A DNA stretch of 64,000 nt from Bacteroidales bacterium (GCA_012837935.1 DUQG01000018.1:45620-109619), one strand, 5' to 3'; numbered from the stretch's first letter, positions 38,240-48,156 are shown. Translations and numbers: made by a program. The notes: generated by a model from the sequence alone, not told the origin.

Positions 38240-38247
38240 CAAAAATA
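38240..38247 (-). promoter_or_regulatory. -7 box TATTTTTG for the acyltransferase gene
   Basis: Perfect TAnnTTTG on the minus strand, 17 nt upstream of ATG 38223. Confidence 0.4.
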
Positions 38248-38248
38248 A

Positions 38249-38286
38249 CAAAAAAATCAGCAAGTATAAGGAAACTTGCTGATTTT
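38249..38286 (-). terminator. intrinsic terminator closing the atp + envelope cluster transcription unit
   Basis: ATCAGCAAGT / ACTTGCTGAT 10-bp stem followed by T7 on the minus strand. Confidence 0.8.
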
Positions 38287-38305
38287 ACTGTGGAATTAAT
38301 ATTTC

Positions 38306-39271
38306 TTATTTGTTTTGAAGAAATTTGCAGATTGTTTTTAAGTGCTCAAAGACAAAAGACATAATTAAGCCAACTGCAATTCCGATTAAAAGTCCGTAAA
38401 CGAGAAGTTTAGTTCTTGGGTTTGTAGGACCTTCAACAGCAAATCCGTCTGTCATGTAAACCGGTGTTTTTGCTACATTTAAGTAATGTTGGCTATAATC
38501 TTTCGTTGCTATTAAGTTAAGAACATCCTCGTAGAAAAGTGGTTTTTTCTGTTCGCCAATCATTAACTTATCTTTCTCGTAGTTGAAAGTGCTATAGCTT
38601 TTATCTTTGAAATAACTTGTGTTTGCAAGGCTATCCAAACGGTTTATTTCTTTTTCACTAAATGCTACTTTTTCTAAATGTCCCTGCTGTTTAGCCTCAA
38701 ATTCTTGAATTAAACGAGGATTCGAATTTAGGTAAGCAAGAAGTGCATCCTTAAAAATTGAAATTTGATTGGGATTTTTCGTTTTAACTCGCAAATATAT
38801 CCTATCATCCATCACAACATTCATGGTGTCTGCAAGTGAGTGCTGATTCTTGAAATCAATCAAGTCTTGCGAGTCGTCTTTTCCATAATCAATAATATTG
38901 AAATACTTCATTTCCAAAATATTATCAGCCACACTGTCAGGAATATTTAGTTTAGCTGCCAAAGAAAGTTCTTTGTGATTTGCCGGACTACTTTTAAGTT
39001 TGTCTATAATGTCTTTTACTAAAAAGGCTTTTGAATAGCTAACGTATAGAGTTGTGCCGGCTTTATATTTCAGCTTCGATTGTTGAGAAAAATAGAATCC
39101 TCCTGCTACACCTAATGCAACAAACAATAAGAAAATATACCAATGTTTATAAGAAAGCTGTGATAGCTTCCCTAAAAACATAACAAATTTTTGTAAAAGG
39201 CTGGAAATCCAACGAAATGTAAGCTGAATGATTTGTACTAAATTTAGTTCTTTCGTGTCGTTATCTTTCAT
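38306..39271 (-). CDS. bitopic membrane protein, Wzz / polysaccharide co-polymerase-like (paralogue B)
   Basis: 321 aa. N-terminal KELNLVQII + TM, KYKAGTTLYV, large middle domain, PTNPRTKLLVYGLLIGIAVGLIMSF C-terminal TM. Collinear with 40699-41661. Confidence 0.55.
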   Translation of the reverse strand: MKDNDTKELNLVQIIQLTFRWISSLLQKFVMFLGKLSQLSYKHWYIFLLFVALGVAGGFYFSQQSKLKYKAGTTLYVSYSKAFLVKDIIDKLKSSPANHKELSLAAKLNIPDSVADNILEMKYFNIIDYGKDDSQDLIDFKNQHSLADTMNVVMDDRIYLRVKTKNPNQISIFKDALLAYLNSNPRLIQEFEAKQQGHLEKVAFSEKEINRLDSLANTSYFKDKSYSTFNYEKDKLMIGEQKKPLFYEDVLNLIATKDYSQHYLNVAKTPVYMTDGFAVEGPTNPRTKLLVYGLLIGIAVGLIMSFVFEHLKTICKFLQNK

Positions 39272-39496
39272 GTTTTATAGATTTACTGGTGATTATTATT
39301 TACTCTGTTAACCTAAAAAATAATGCAGATTAAGTGTGCATTTATTTAAATATTGTAACGTGTAAAGTTATAAATTAGTATGCGTTTTTGTGAGTTTATC
39401 TTGTAAATTACTGTAAAAATCTGTGTACAGTATCACATCGCTAACAAAGGTAATTATTCTCTCAGTAATGATAAGGTTTGAAGTAGTAAGTATAGA

Positions 39497-39874
39497 CTAG
39501 TTTTCCAAAGAAATCTCAGTCATTGTAACTATGCTGTCTGAATCAGAAAAAGCATCAAGATTTTCCAATTCTTCCAACTCGTTAATTGCTTCTTGCTGTG
39601 ATTGTAATTGCTCTAATTTAAATTCTTCTTTTCCTTTAACTTCATTTTTTACAAAAAGTTTAGCAATAGCAATAACTAAAAGAACACTTGCAATAATGAC
39701 AAGTGTTTTTGGAACTTTTGTTGATTTATTGGGTTTTTTCAGAACAGATGCAATTATTGCAGAAATTAGCGCTAAGCCTGTAGGAAGTAGTGCAATACTT
39801 CCCATGGGTAAAATTACAAAAACGATACTTAATACTAAGAAAAAATAGGTAAGTGTTATGAATAGCGTTCTCAT
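39497..39874 (-). CDS. small membrane protein (3 TM) with acidic C-terminal tail
   Basis: 125 aa. Hydrophobic N-terminal 80 aa, then EEFKLEQLQSQQEAINELEELENLDAFSDSDS. Confidence 0.5.
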   Translation of the reverse strand: MRTLFITLTYFFLVLSIVFVILPMGSIALLPTGLALISAIIASVLKKPNKSTKVPKTLVIIASVLLVIAIAKLFVKNEVKGKEEFKLEQLQSQQEAINELEELENLDAFSDSDSIVTMTEISLEN

Positions 39875-39893
39875 AAATGAAGTTTTTGGTGTT

Positions 39894-40651
39894 TTAGTTA
39901 AATGTTGCTGATTTTAAAGTTGCCTGTCCGGCGCCAACCGGAATATTAAAACGAATTAGTACCGGAATTTTTTGTGCATCTGCTGTAAGCCATACTAAAT
40001 TTCTGTCTTTTCCTTTTAGAATATCGGCTTGCGATACCATAGAAATTTTATGGCAAACTTTTTTCCCTAAATTTCCCGCTCGTGCAACAGTCTCTTTGCC
40101 CAAGTATCTTACGCTCACAACATGTTCTGTAGCATCGAAAACAATCTTGAAACTGGTAATTTGTCCCACTTTCATATTATTGAAATTTATTTTGCGTAGC
40201 TTGTAAAAGGCTGTTACAATATCTGTGGTTGAGTTGCCGATGGTAACACTCTGGTTGCTAGGTTGCCTTCCATTTCTACTGACTGTAGCTTTGATAGAGT
40301 TTTTCCCAAAAATATATTTTTCCGAAATTCGATATCCGCCTTCTTCAACTTGTCGCTTATAAAGTGTTGGTGTTAAAGATGTTGGGTTTACGTAACTTTC
40401 ATAAATATCTCTAATTTTGAAAAAACTGTCCCACTTGGAGTAAGTACTTGCGGTTAAGCTTAAGTGTTGATAGGTGTTGTTGCTGGTTTTTACTCTTTTA
40501 GATTGAAGTGTGATTTCAGCAAATTGCGTCATCATCCCACTCATATTGTATGAACCGACAAATACTAATTTTTCATTTTGAGCCAATACTGTTTGAGCAA
40601 TGGAAAAAAGCTAAATATCGATATCAATAAGAATGTTTTGTATATTCTCAT
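39894..40651 (-). pseudogene. DUF3108-like protein, signal peptide separated from the body by a 1-nt frame break at a T6 run
   Basis: ATG 40651 gives MRIYKTFLLISIFSFF then shifts. With T7 the ORF reads ...FFSIAQTVLAQNEKLVFVGSY, continuing into the 230-aa body. A6 on the plus strand at 40604-40609. Confidence 0.6.
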
Positions 40652-40698
40652 CTGTTTATGGTTGTTTGATTATAGTCTTATGGATGGTGTTTGTTTAC

Positions 40699-41661
40699 TT
40701 ATTTGTTTTTGATGAAATCTATAATAATACGCTTTTTGTCCAGCAGGAAAGCAAAAACAGTTCCTATAATTGCGCCTATTAGAAAACCGATAAGTAAATA
40801 TTTTTTTTGATTGTTGACAGGTGTTGTGTCTATTACAAAGTCTGAAGCAAAATAAACGGGAGAAGGCGTTCTAGCTAAAACTTGTTTGTTATGTGCAATA
40901 ACATCTTGTAGATGTAAAACATCACCGTAAAAAAGTTGTTTGTGTTGTTCACCAATAGTTAACTTGTTATCAGCAAAGCTGAGTTCTTTGTTAATGTCCT
41001 TAAAATAAGACACTTGCGATAGACTGTCTAAACGTTGCATTTCCTTTTCGCTTTGTGCAATTTTATCTAACACATTAAGTTTGAAAACCTCAAACTCCTC
41101 TACAAGTCTGGGATTACTATTTATAAATTTCAGAATGGCGTTTTGTATAATGGGAATCTGTTCTATGTCTTTTGTTATTACTTGAATATAAAGTCGATCT
41201 CTAAGTATCACACTTGTTGTATCTTTAACAGAGCGTTTGTCCTTAAAATCTATCTCATCGGGAGTGCCGTCTTTTAGATAGTCGATGAAATTATATGTGT
41301 TAATTGAAACAATATTTTGAGCTACATTTTCTGGGATATTTAATTTTTTGCTAAGCGACAGTGATACATTGTCTGAATCATGAAAAGTCAATTGACGACA
41401 AATATCCTTGATGAAATTTGCTTCCGAAGATGCTATGTAAGCGGTTGTGCCAGCTTTGAATTTATGTGCGGAAGGTCTAGATAAAAAAGCACCAATTGCA
41501 ACACAAAGAATAATTGTCAGTAAAAAAACAACCCAATTATTAATAATCACGTGTGCAATTGAGCCAAGTCCTTTAAAAATGCGAATAAAGAGATTGAAAA
41601 TTCCCTTAAACGTAATGGAAATTATTTCAACTAGATTGAGTTCTTTTGAGTCCTTGTCCAT
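40699..41661 (-). CDS. bitopic membrane protein, Wzz / polysaccharide co-polymerase-like (paralogue A)
   Basis: 320 aa. KELNLVEII + TM, KFKAGTTAYI, NSNPRLVEEFE, SEKEMQRLDSL, C-terminal TM LLIGFLIGAIIGTVFAF. Start set to ATG 41661, 31 nt after the atpG stop. Confidence 0.55.
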   Translation of the reverse strand: MDKDSKELNLVEIISITFKGIFNLFIRIFKGLGSIAHVIINNWVVFLLTIILCVAIGAFLSRPSAHKFKAGTTAYIASSEANFIKDICRQLTFHDSDNVSLSLSKKLNIPENVAQNIVSINTYNFIDYLKDGTPDEIDFKDKRSVKDTTSVILRDRLYIQVITKDIEQIPIIQNAILKFINSNPRLVEEFEVFKLNVLDKIAQSEKEMQRLDSLSQVSYFKDINKELSFADNKLTIGEQHKQLFYGDVLHLQDVIAHNKQVLARTPSPVYFASDFVIDTTPVNNQKKYLLIGFLIGAIIGTVFAFLLDKKRIIIDFIKNK

Positions 41662-41692
41662 GATTATTAAAGTGTTAGGTGTTAATACATTC

Positions 41693-42568
41693 TTAGCTCT
41701 GTCCAAAGGAACCGCCAATAATGTCAAGCAATTCGTTTGTAATAGCTTGCTGACGTGACTTGTTGAATTGAAGGTTCAAGTCCTGTAGTAAATCATCTGC
41801 ATTGTCCGTAGCTGTTTGCATCGCGATGGTACGTGCAGCATGTTCCGAAGCAGCAGAGTCGAGTAGGGCAGTGTAGAGTTTAAGTCGGATAACTTTTGGA
41901 ATAAGTTCACCCAAAATAGTTAATCTATCAGGCTCTATTAGGTAGTTTTGTTGATGAATACTGTGTTTTTTATCATTTGCATTTAGCTCAATCGGTAAAA
42001 ATGGTTCAGAGACTAAAACTTGCGAACTTTTACTTACGAAGTGATAATAGATTAATTCTATTCGGTCAACTTCATTCAGTCGGAACATTTCCATTAGCCT
42101 GTTGGCAAGCGTTTGAGAATCTTTGTAGTTTGGCTTGTCCATCATTTCCTCAAAACTCTCTTCCACCGGAAATCCCATTTTTTTTACAGATTGTGCAATT
42201 TTTTTGCCTATCGGAAAAATTAGAATGTTCTCATTCCCCAGATGTTTGTACTCATTAACCTTAGTCTTTAAGTCTTTGGCAACATTTGAGTTAAAACTTC
42301 CACACAAACTCGAGTTGGACGAAAAAGCTACAATAGCCACACGCTTAACTTCTCTTTGTATCGCATAGATAGAAGTAACTTCTGTTTCTTCGGCACTTAG
42401 AAAGTTGTTTAGAATATGTGTCAATTTTTGCTCGTAAGGATAGAAACTCTCAATCTGCCGTTGTGCTTTGCGCAGTTTGGCAGATGAGACCATCTTCATC
42501 GCAGAAGTAATTTTCTGCGTTGATTTTACAGATTGTATCCTCGATTTTATTTCTTTTAATGAAGCCAT
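41693..42568 (-). CDS. atpG: F0F1 ATP synthase subunit gamma
   Basis: MASLKEIKSRIQSVKSTQKITSAMKMVSSAKLRKAQ... and C-terminal ITNELLDIIGG. Confidence 0.93.
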   Translation of the reverse strand: MASLKEIKSRIQSVKSTQKITSAMKMVSSAKLRKAQRQIESFYPYEQKLTHILNNFLSAEETEVTSIYAIQREVKRVAIVAFSSNSSLCGSFNSNVAKDLKTKVNEYKHLGNENILIFPIGKKIAQSVKKMGFPVEESFEEMMDKPNYKDSQTLANRLMEMFRLNEVDRIELIYYHFVSKSSQVLVSEPFLPIELNANDKKHSIHQQNYLIEPDRLTILGELIPKVIRLKLYTALLDSAASEHAARTIAMQTATDNADDLLQDLNLQFNKSRQQAITNELLDIIGGSFGQS

Positions 42569-42657
42569 CTCTCTTAATTGTTGAATCTCTGATGTTTGTT
42601 GTGTCAAGAAGTTTTAATTTAGTTTCTGTAAAAAACTAAAAGAAACCAAAGCTTTTT

Positions 42658-44238
42658 CTAAATTCTTCTTGCTACGTCTTCAGCTACTTTTTCAAGAATA
42701 GCTGTAACATTCTCATCAATTTTACCACCTTTTATTACATCCAACACATCTTTTTGGTGTAACATTTCGAGCGTATTTAAGAATTCTTTTTCAAAGTCAG
42801 CCACTTTATCCAGAGGTACTTTCGAGAGTAAACCTTGCGTACCGCAGTAAAGAACAGCTACTTGCTTTTCTACCGGCATCGTTTTGTGTAGTGGCTGTAC
42901 AAGCAATTTGGTATTTTTCTGACCTTTGTCAATCGTCATGGCTGTTACAGCATCCATATCGCTACCAAACTGGGTAAATGCTTCCAACTCACGGAACTGT
43001 GCTTGGTCAATTTTTAATGTTCCAGCTACTTTTTTCATCGCTTTGATTTGTGCATTTCCACCTACACGAGATACGGAAATACCCACGTTAACAGCCGGAC
43101 GGTTACCTTGGTTAAATAAATCTGTATCCAAGAAAATTTGACCGTCGGTAATTGAAATTACGTTAGTAGGAATATAGGCAGATACGTCACCTGCCTGAGT
43201 TTCAATCACGGGTAATGCTGTTAGCGAACCACCGGCTTTAACTTTACCTTTTAGACTTTCGGGTAAGTCGTTCATCTGTTCGGCAACTTCTTGTTGGTTG
43301 ATGATTTTAGCAGCTCTTTCCAAAAGGCGTGAGTGCAGATAGAAAATATCTCCCGGATAAGCTTCACGTCCGGATGGACGACGTAAAATCAAAGACACCT
43401 CACGATAGGCAACAGCTTGTTTTGAAAGGTCATCGTAAATAACTAACGCATGGCGACCTGTGTCACGGAAATACTCGCCGATAGCTGCTCCCGCAAATGG
43501 CGCATAGTATTGAAGTGCAGCAGGGTCAGAAGCATTTGCAGCTACAATAATGGTGTAGTCCAATGCGTTGTGCTCACGAAGTGTTTGAACAATGTTAGCC
43601 ACAGTAGAACCTTTTTGACCGGTAGCAACATAGATACAATAAACCGGATCGCCTTCATCGAAATTGCGGCGTTGGTTGATAATTGTGTCTATAGCAATAC
43701 TTGTTTTTCCCGTTTGACGGTCGCCGATGATAAGCTCACGCTGACCACGTCCAATCGGAATCATTGCGTCGATGGCTTTCAATCCTGTTTGGAGTGGTTG
43801 GTTTACCGGCTGGCGATAAATTACTCCCGGGGCTTTTCTCTCGAAAGGCATCTCCAACAGTTCGCCGGTAATTTTGCCTTTTCCGTCCAAAGCCTCACCA
43901 ATAGGATTAATTACACGGCCTAGCATACCTTCGCCTACAAGAATGGATGCTACACGTTTCATTCGTTTAACGGTGTCGCCTTCTTTGATGTCGCTGGATG
44001 GACCAAGCAGAACTGCTCCTACGTTGTCTTCCTCCAAGTTCATCACGATGGCTTGAATACCATTTTCAAACTCTAACAGTTCGTTCGCTTCCGCATTTTG
44101 TAAACCGTAAATACGAACTACACCGTCTCCAACCTGCAATACAGTTCCTACCTCGTCAAACTGAACTCCGGTGTCAATTCCTTGAAGTTGCATACGCAAT
44201 ACTTCGGAAACCTCGCTAACTTTAATTTTATCTGACAT
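42658..44238 (-). CDS. atpA: F0F1 ATP synthase subunit alpha
   Basis: GDRQTGKT Walker A. Typical alpha subunit sequence throughout. Confidence 0.97.
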   Translation of the reverse strand: MSDKIKVSEVSEVLRMQLQGIDTGVQFDEVGTVLQVGDGVVRIYGLQNAEANELLEFENGIQAIVMNLEEDNVGAVLLGPSSDIKEGDTVKRMKRVASILVGEGMLGRVINPIGEALDGKGKITGELLEMPFERKAPGVIYRQPVNQPLQTGLKAIDAMIPIGRGQRELIIGDRQTGKTSIAIDTIINQRRNFDEGDPVYCIYVATGQKGSTVANIVQTLREHNALDYTIIVAANASDPAALQYYAPFAGAAIGEYFRDTGRHALVIYDDLSKQAVAYREVSLILRRPSGREAYPGDIFYLHSRLLERAAKIINQQEVAEQMNDLPESLKGKVKAGGSLTALPVIETQAGDVSAYIPTNVISITDGQIFLDTDLFNQGNRPAVNVGISVSRVGGNAQIKAMKKVAGTLKIDQAQFRELEAFTQFGSDMDAVTAMTIDKGQKNTKLLVQPLHKTMPVEKQVAVLYCGTQGLLSKVPLDKVADFEKEFLNTLEMLHQKDVLDVIKGGKIDENVTAILEKVAEDVARRI

Positions 44239-44303
44239 TTGTAAAATTGACAATTTAATTATTTAACCCCGATTAATTTCAAAATTTTAATTGGATATGT
44301 ATA

Positions 44304-44858
44304 TTATACAATCTTGCTGTTTCGCTCTGTAAACTCATTTCTGATTTGTTGTAGCTGACCGGAAACACTTGCATCCCAGCGTACACCTTCCACTTCAAGT
44401 GTGAAGCCACCTAAGATATCCGGATTTACCACTTTTTCCAATTCCAATGTACCTCCGGCTTTGTCTGTAATCAACTTTATCAAACTTTTTTCAGTTTTTT
44501 GACTGACAGGATAGGCAGTTACAAGTTTACCGTAGCGAATATTTTTCTCTTTTCGATACAAATCAATGAACTTCAACATAATGTTTTGAACCAAACTTTC
44601 ACGGTTGTTTTCCAGCAGTAAATCGGTAAATTTTTCATACACTTTACTTGCTTTGCCACCTATGGCATTCAAAAGCAACTTTCGTTTTTCGGCGGTAGAT
44701 ATTACCGGATTTTCCAAAGCATGACGCAGTCTACCCATTTTTGAAAACATAAGTGTCAAGAGTTTAGCTTCGTCATATACAGTCTCCACCAAGTTTGCTT
44801 CTTTGGCAAACTCCAGCAAAGCGGTAGCATATCTTACAGCAATAAGTCCGGTGTTCAT
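44304..44858 (-). CDS. atpH: F0F1 ATP synthase subunit delta (OSCP)
   Basis: 184 aa. VRYATALLEFA... OSCP-like. Lies between atpF and atpA. Confidence 0.85.
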   Translation of the reverse strand: MNTGLIAVRYATALLEFAKEANLVETVYDEAKLLTLMFSKMGRLRHALENPVISTAEKRKLLLNAIGGKASKVYEKFTDLLLENNRESLVQNIMLKFIDLYRKEKNIRYGKLVTAYPVSQKTEKSLIKLITDKAGGTLELEKVVNPDILGGFTLEVEGVRWDASVSGQLQQIRNEFTERNSKIV

Positions 44859-44948
44859 TTTGTTTGTTGAAATTACAAGAGAATAACTTGAAAAACAGAA
44901 GCTTAAATCTTGTTTCTCAAGAAGTTAACCACATAACCAATATAAAAA

Positions 44949-45449
44949 TTACGATTTCGGAATATTCATCTCGTCAAGCAGACGATCTATCATATTCATT
45001 TGCTCTTTCTCCTCACTTAGTGAGTTGCGAAGCACTTTTTCTGCAATATCCACGGAAAGCAGACCTACTTCTCGTCTGATTTGACGAATAGCATCCTCTT
45101 TTTCCAGTTGGATTTGCTCGCGAGCCAAGTCAATTATTTTTGCAGCTTCCTCGCTCGCTTTGCCTTTGGCTGCTTCCACAATTTTATCACGAGACTTTGC
45201 AGCATCTGCTAAGATATTGGCTTGTTCAAGTCTTGCTTGATTAAGAAGTTCCTCGCTTGTTGCTTTCACATTTGCGAGTTCTTCTTGTGCTTGCTTGGCT
45301 GCCAATAGTGAATCGTCGATAAATTTGTTTCTGTCTTCTACCCCTTTTATAATTACAGGAAATCCAAACTTAACCAGCACAAAGACAACTATTCCGAATG
45401 CAACGAGCATCCAGAATACAAGTCCTAAATCCGGTGTTAGTAACGACAT
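44949..45449 (-). CDS. atpF: F0F1 ATP synthase subunit b
   Basis: Single N-terminal TM followed by a long charged helix, 166 aa. Confidence 0.85.
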   Translation of the reverse strand: MSLLTPDLGLVFWMLVAFGIVVFVLVKFGFPVIIKGVEDRNKFIDDSLLAAKQAQEELANVKATSEELLNQARLEQANILADAAKSRDKIVEAAKGKASEEAAKIIDLAREQIQLEKEDAIRQIRREVGLLSVDIAEKVLRNSLSEEKEQMNMIDRLLDEMNIPKS

Positions 45450-45462
45450 ATCTTAGCTTGTT

Positions 45463-45723
<261 letters not shown>

Positions 45724-45746
45724 TTAAAATTTAATATATTAATTTT

Positions 45747-46862
45747 TTAAGCTATTTCTTTTTGTTTGTGTGGTTCAATACGTGCCAAACCAATAAATAC
45801 GGCTGACAGCATAGTAAATACGTATGCTTGAATATATGCAACCAATAATTCCACAAAATCAATAAATACTGTAAATATCACAGACAAGGTTGTCATGGAC
45901 GCATTGGTGGCGGCACCTAAACTAACGGTTACAAAAATCAAACTTACCAAACCTAGGACGATAGAGTGTCCTGCAAGAATGTTGGCAAAAAGACGAATCA
46001 TCAATGCAAAAGGCTTGGTGAAAACACCGATAATTTCAATGGCAGGCATCAATGGCACGGGAACTTTGAGCCACCAAGGTACATCGGGCCAAAATATTTC
46101 TTTGAAATACTCTTTTGTTCCGCTTAAGTTTACAATTAAAAATGTACACACAGCCAAAACCATCGTAATAGCGATATTTCCTGTTACGTTTGCACCGCCC
46201 GGGAAAATAGGTATTAATCCCAATATGTTATTTATAAAAATAAAAAAGAATACGGTCAACAGGTAAGGTGCATATCGCTTGTAATCTTTTCCTACACCGG
46301 GTTTGATAATATCATTGTAAACAGAAAGGATAAACATTTCCATTACACCTACAAAGCCTTTCTTACTTTCCAACGAATTTCGCTTGTAAGACCTTGAAAC
46401 CATCATAATGATAAGTATTAGCAAAGCAGAACTCAATAAAAGTGAAAACGCATTTTTTGTTAATGAAATATCAATCGGACGGATTTCATTTCCGGCTTCG
46501 TCTGTTTCTACGATTTTACCTTTATACTTCTCGCTTGTGCTGATTTTGAAACCATTGTACGCTTCGTGTCCGTGATGAAATTTAGCTGATGAAAACACGT
46601 GCCATCCGGTCGTTTTGCTGTAAACTATCACAGGCAATGGAATAGAGATGTGTTTACCGTTCATGGTGGCAATATGCCACTCGTAAGCATCAGCCAAGTG
46701 TTCGAGTATCATTTCTTTAATATCAAGTTCAGACTCGGTTGTTTCTGCTGCAGTTGTAGTAGTTTGCAGTGTGTCAACAGCAACATTCTGAGCGTTAATA
46801 GACGGTGCTATCAACAACATTAAAGAAATGACGAATGTGAATATCTTAGTTTTGATTTTCAT
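45747..46862 (-). CDS. atpB: F0F1 ATP synthase subunit a with long N-terminal extension
   Basis: C-terminal RLFANILAGH motif. ~150-aa N-terminal extension with a signal-like start. Confidence 0.9.
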   Translation of the reverse strand: MKIKTKIFTFVISLMLLIAPSINAQNVAVDTLQTTTTAAETTESELDIKEMILEHLADAYEWHIATMNGKHISIPLPVIVYSKTTGWHVFSSAKFHHGHEAYNGFKISTSEKYKGKIVETDEAGNEIRPIDISLTKNAFSLLLSSALLILIIMMVSRSYKRNSLESKKGFVGVMEMFILSVYNDIIKPGVGKDYKRYAPYLLTVFFFIFINNILGLIPIFPGGANVTGNIAITMVLAVCTFLIVNLSGTKEYFKEIFWPDVPWWLKVPVPLMPAIEIIGVFTKPFALMIRLFANILAGHSIVLGLVSLIFVTVSLGAATNASMTTLSVIFTVFIDFVELLVAYIQAYVFTMLSAVFIGLARIEPHKQKEIA

Positions 46863-47250
46863 TCTTTTTCAGCGTTTTTTCTATCTGCATGTAGAGATAA
46901 GTTTCAAAAAATAGATATATCAAATAAAACACAATAAATACAATCGCAAAAGGCTTGATTTCTACTTTGTTTATTAACCAATAAGTAAGGATAAACGCAA
47001 AAGCTAATAAAAGTTTTATCGTTCTGTGCATCATATATTTACGAGTTCGTTTCTGCGCATCTATATTTTTCCCCGATGTAAGAAAATAAATAGAAGCCAA
47101 CCCAAGCATCATATAAAATACCGGAATTGCCAAATAACCGTAAAATAACTCCCTCAATAATAAATCGGTTATCACTAATTGAGTAGCAAAGCCAACTATT
47201 AAAATAACAGCAGTAAGTACCAGTATCAGTTTGTTTCTTAGTCTTTCCAC
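46846..47250 (-). CDS. small 4-TM membrane protein in the AtpI/AtpZ position of the operon
   Basis: 134 aa, hydrophobic. Overlaps the atpB start by 17 nt. Assignment is by position only. Confidence 0.5.
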   Translation of the reverse strand: MERLRNKLILVLTAVILIVGFATQLVITDLLLRELFYGYLAIPVFYMMLGLASIYFLTSGKNIDAQKRTRKYMMHRTIKLLLAFAFILTYWLINKVEIKPFAIVFIVFYLIYLFFETYLYMQIEKTLKKNENQN

Positions 47251-47253
47251 GAT

Positions 47254-47499
47254 TTATTTTTCTGTTTCCTCTACACAGATTGAAATAGAGTTATTATTCA
47301 CCTCTACAAATCCACTTCCGCATTCAACTTGAGTGTCTTTTTCATCCACACGATAGGTGATGAGTCCTTTTTCTAAGCTTGAAATTATAGGTGCGTGGTC
47401 TTTGAGAATGGTAAAACTCCCATTCGTTCCGGGAACGGTAACTAAACTTACTTCGCCCGAAAAAACAATCTGTTCCGGTGTTATAATCTCAAGTTTCAT
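47254..47499 (-). CDS. atpC: F0F1 ATP synthase subunit epsilon (short form)
   Basis: MKLEIITPEQIVFSGEV..V.VPG..G.F.IL..HAP. 81 aa. Confidence 0.85.
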   Translation of the reverse strand: MKLEIITPEQIVFSGEVSLVTVPGTNGSFTILKDHAPIISSLEKGLITYRVDEKDTQVECGSGFVEVNNNSISICVEETEK

Positions 47500-48070
47500 C
47501 TTCGGTAATATATCCTATTCGTTTTCTTGGTTTATCTATAGTCTTTTGTCGCTTAGCCATTTCAGCCATAGCAATGTAAATATCATCCAACTCTCTGCAA
47601 GTATCCTCACTCAAATCATTTATAGCCGCCAATGTGTCTTCGCCTGCTTCCTCCAAATCTGCAATTTTCTTTTTAAGCTCTTCAATACTTTCGAGAATGC
47701 TTTTATTTTCCAACAAGAAATACCGCATTTGAACAAAAGCCCGCATAATAGAGATATTAAACTCAATCGCTTTGGGTGAACGCAATACGCTTGAAAGCAT
47801 AGCTACACCTTGTTCTGTAAAGGCGAAAGGCATTACGTAGCTGTGTTTAATTGTTTTAGGTAACTGGTCGCAATTTGCGGCCAGTTCATTCCATTCTTTT
47901 TCAGAAAGTTGAAACATGAAGTCGCTTGGAAATCTTATTATGTTCCTTCTTACAGCTTCTTTCAGTCTTTTTGTCTCTATTTCATACAGTTCAGCCAAAT
48001 GGAAATCAAGCATCACACGAAATCCTCTGATTTCGTATATTTTACTATGAATAACTTCGATATCCGGCAT
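47489..48070 (-). CDS. ORF6N (KilA-N-like) domain DNA-binding protein
   Basis: IYEIRGFRVMLDFHLAELYEIETKRLKEAVRRNIIRFPSDFMFQLSEKEW matches the ORF6N signature. Coiled-coil/acidic C-terminus. The 3' end overlaps the atpC ATG by 11 nt. Confidence 0.8.
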   Translation of the reverse strand: MPDIEVIHSKIYEIRGFRVMLDFHLAELYEIETKRLKEAVRRNIIRFPSDFMFQLSEKEWNELAANCDQLPKTIKHSYVMPFAFTEQGVAMLSSVLRSPKAIEFNISIMRAFVQMRYFLLENKSILESIEELKKKIADLEEAGEDTLAAINDLSEDTCRELDDIYIAMAEMAKRQKTIDKPRKRIGYITEDET

Positions 48071-48092
48071 ATAATATGTTGGTTTTCATGTA

Positions 48093-48145
48093 GGTGTCCC
48101 AGTTTGGCACACCCTTATCTTGAAGTCACAATTTGTAACCTCAAG
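48093..48145 (-). other. two hairpins in the atpD-ORF6N spacer
   Basis: GGTGTCCCA gtt TGGCACACC (48093-48113, one mismatch) and CTTGAAGT...ACCTCAAG (48119-48145, G.U on the minus-strand RNA). Confidence 0.5.
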
Positions 48146-48156
48146 AATTATTATTT

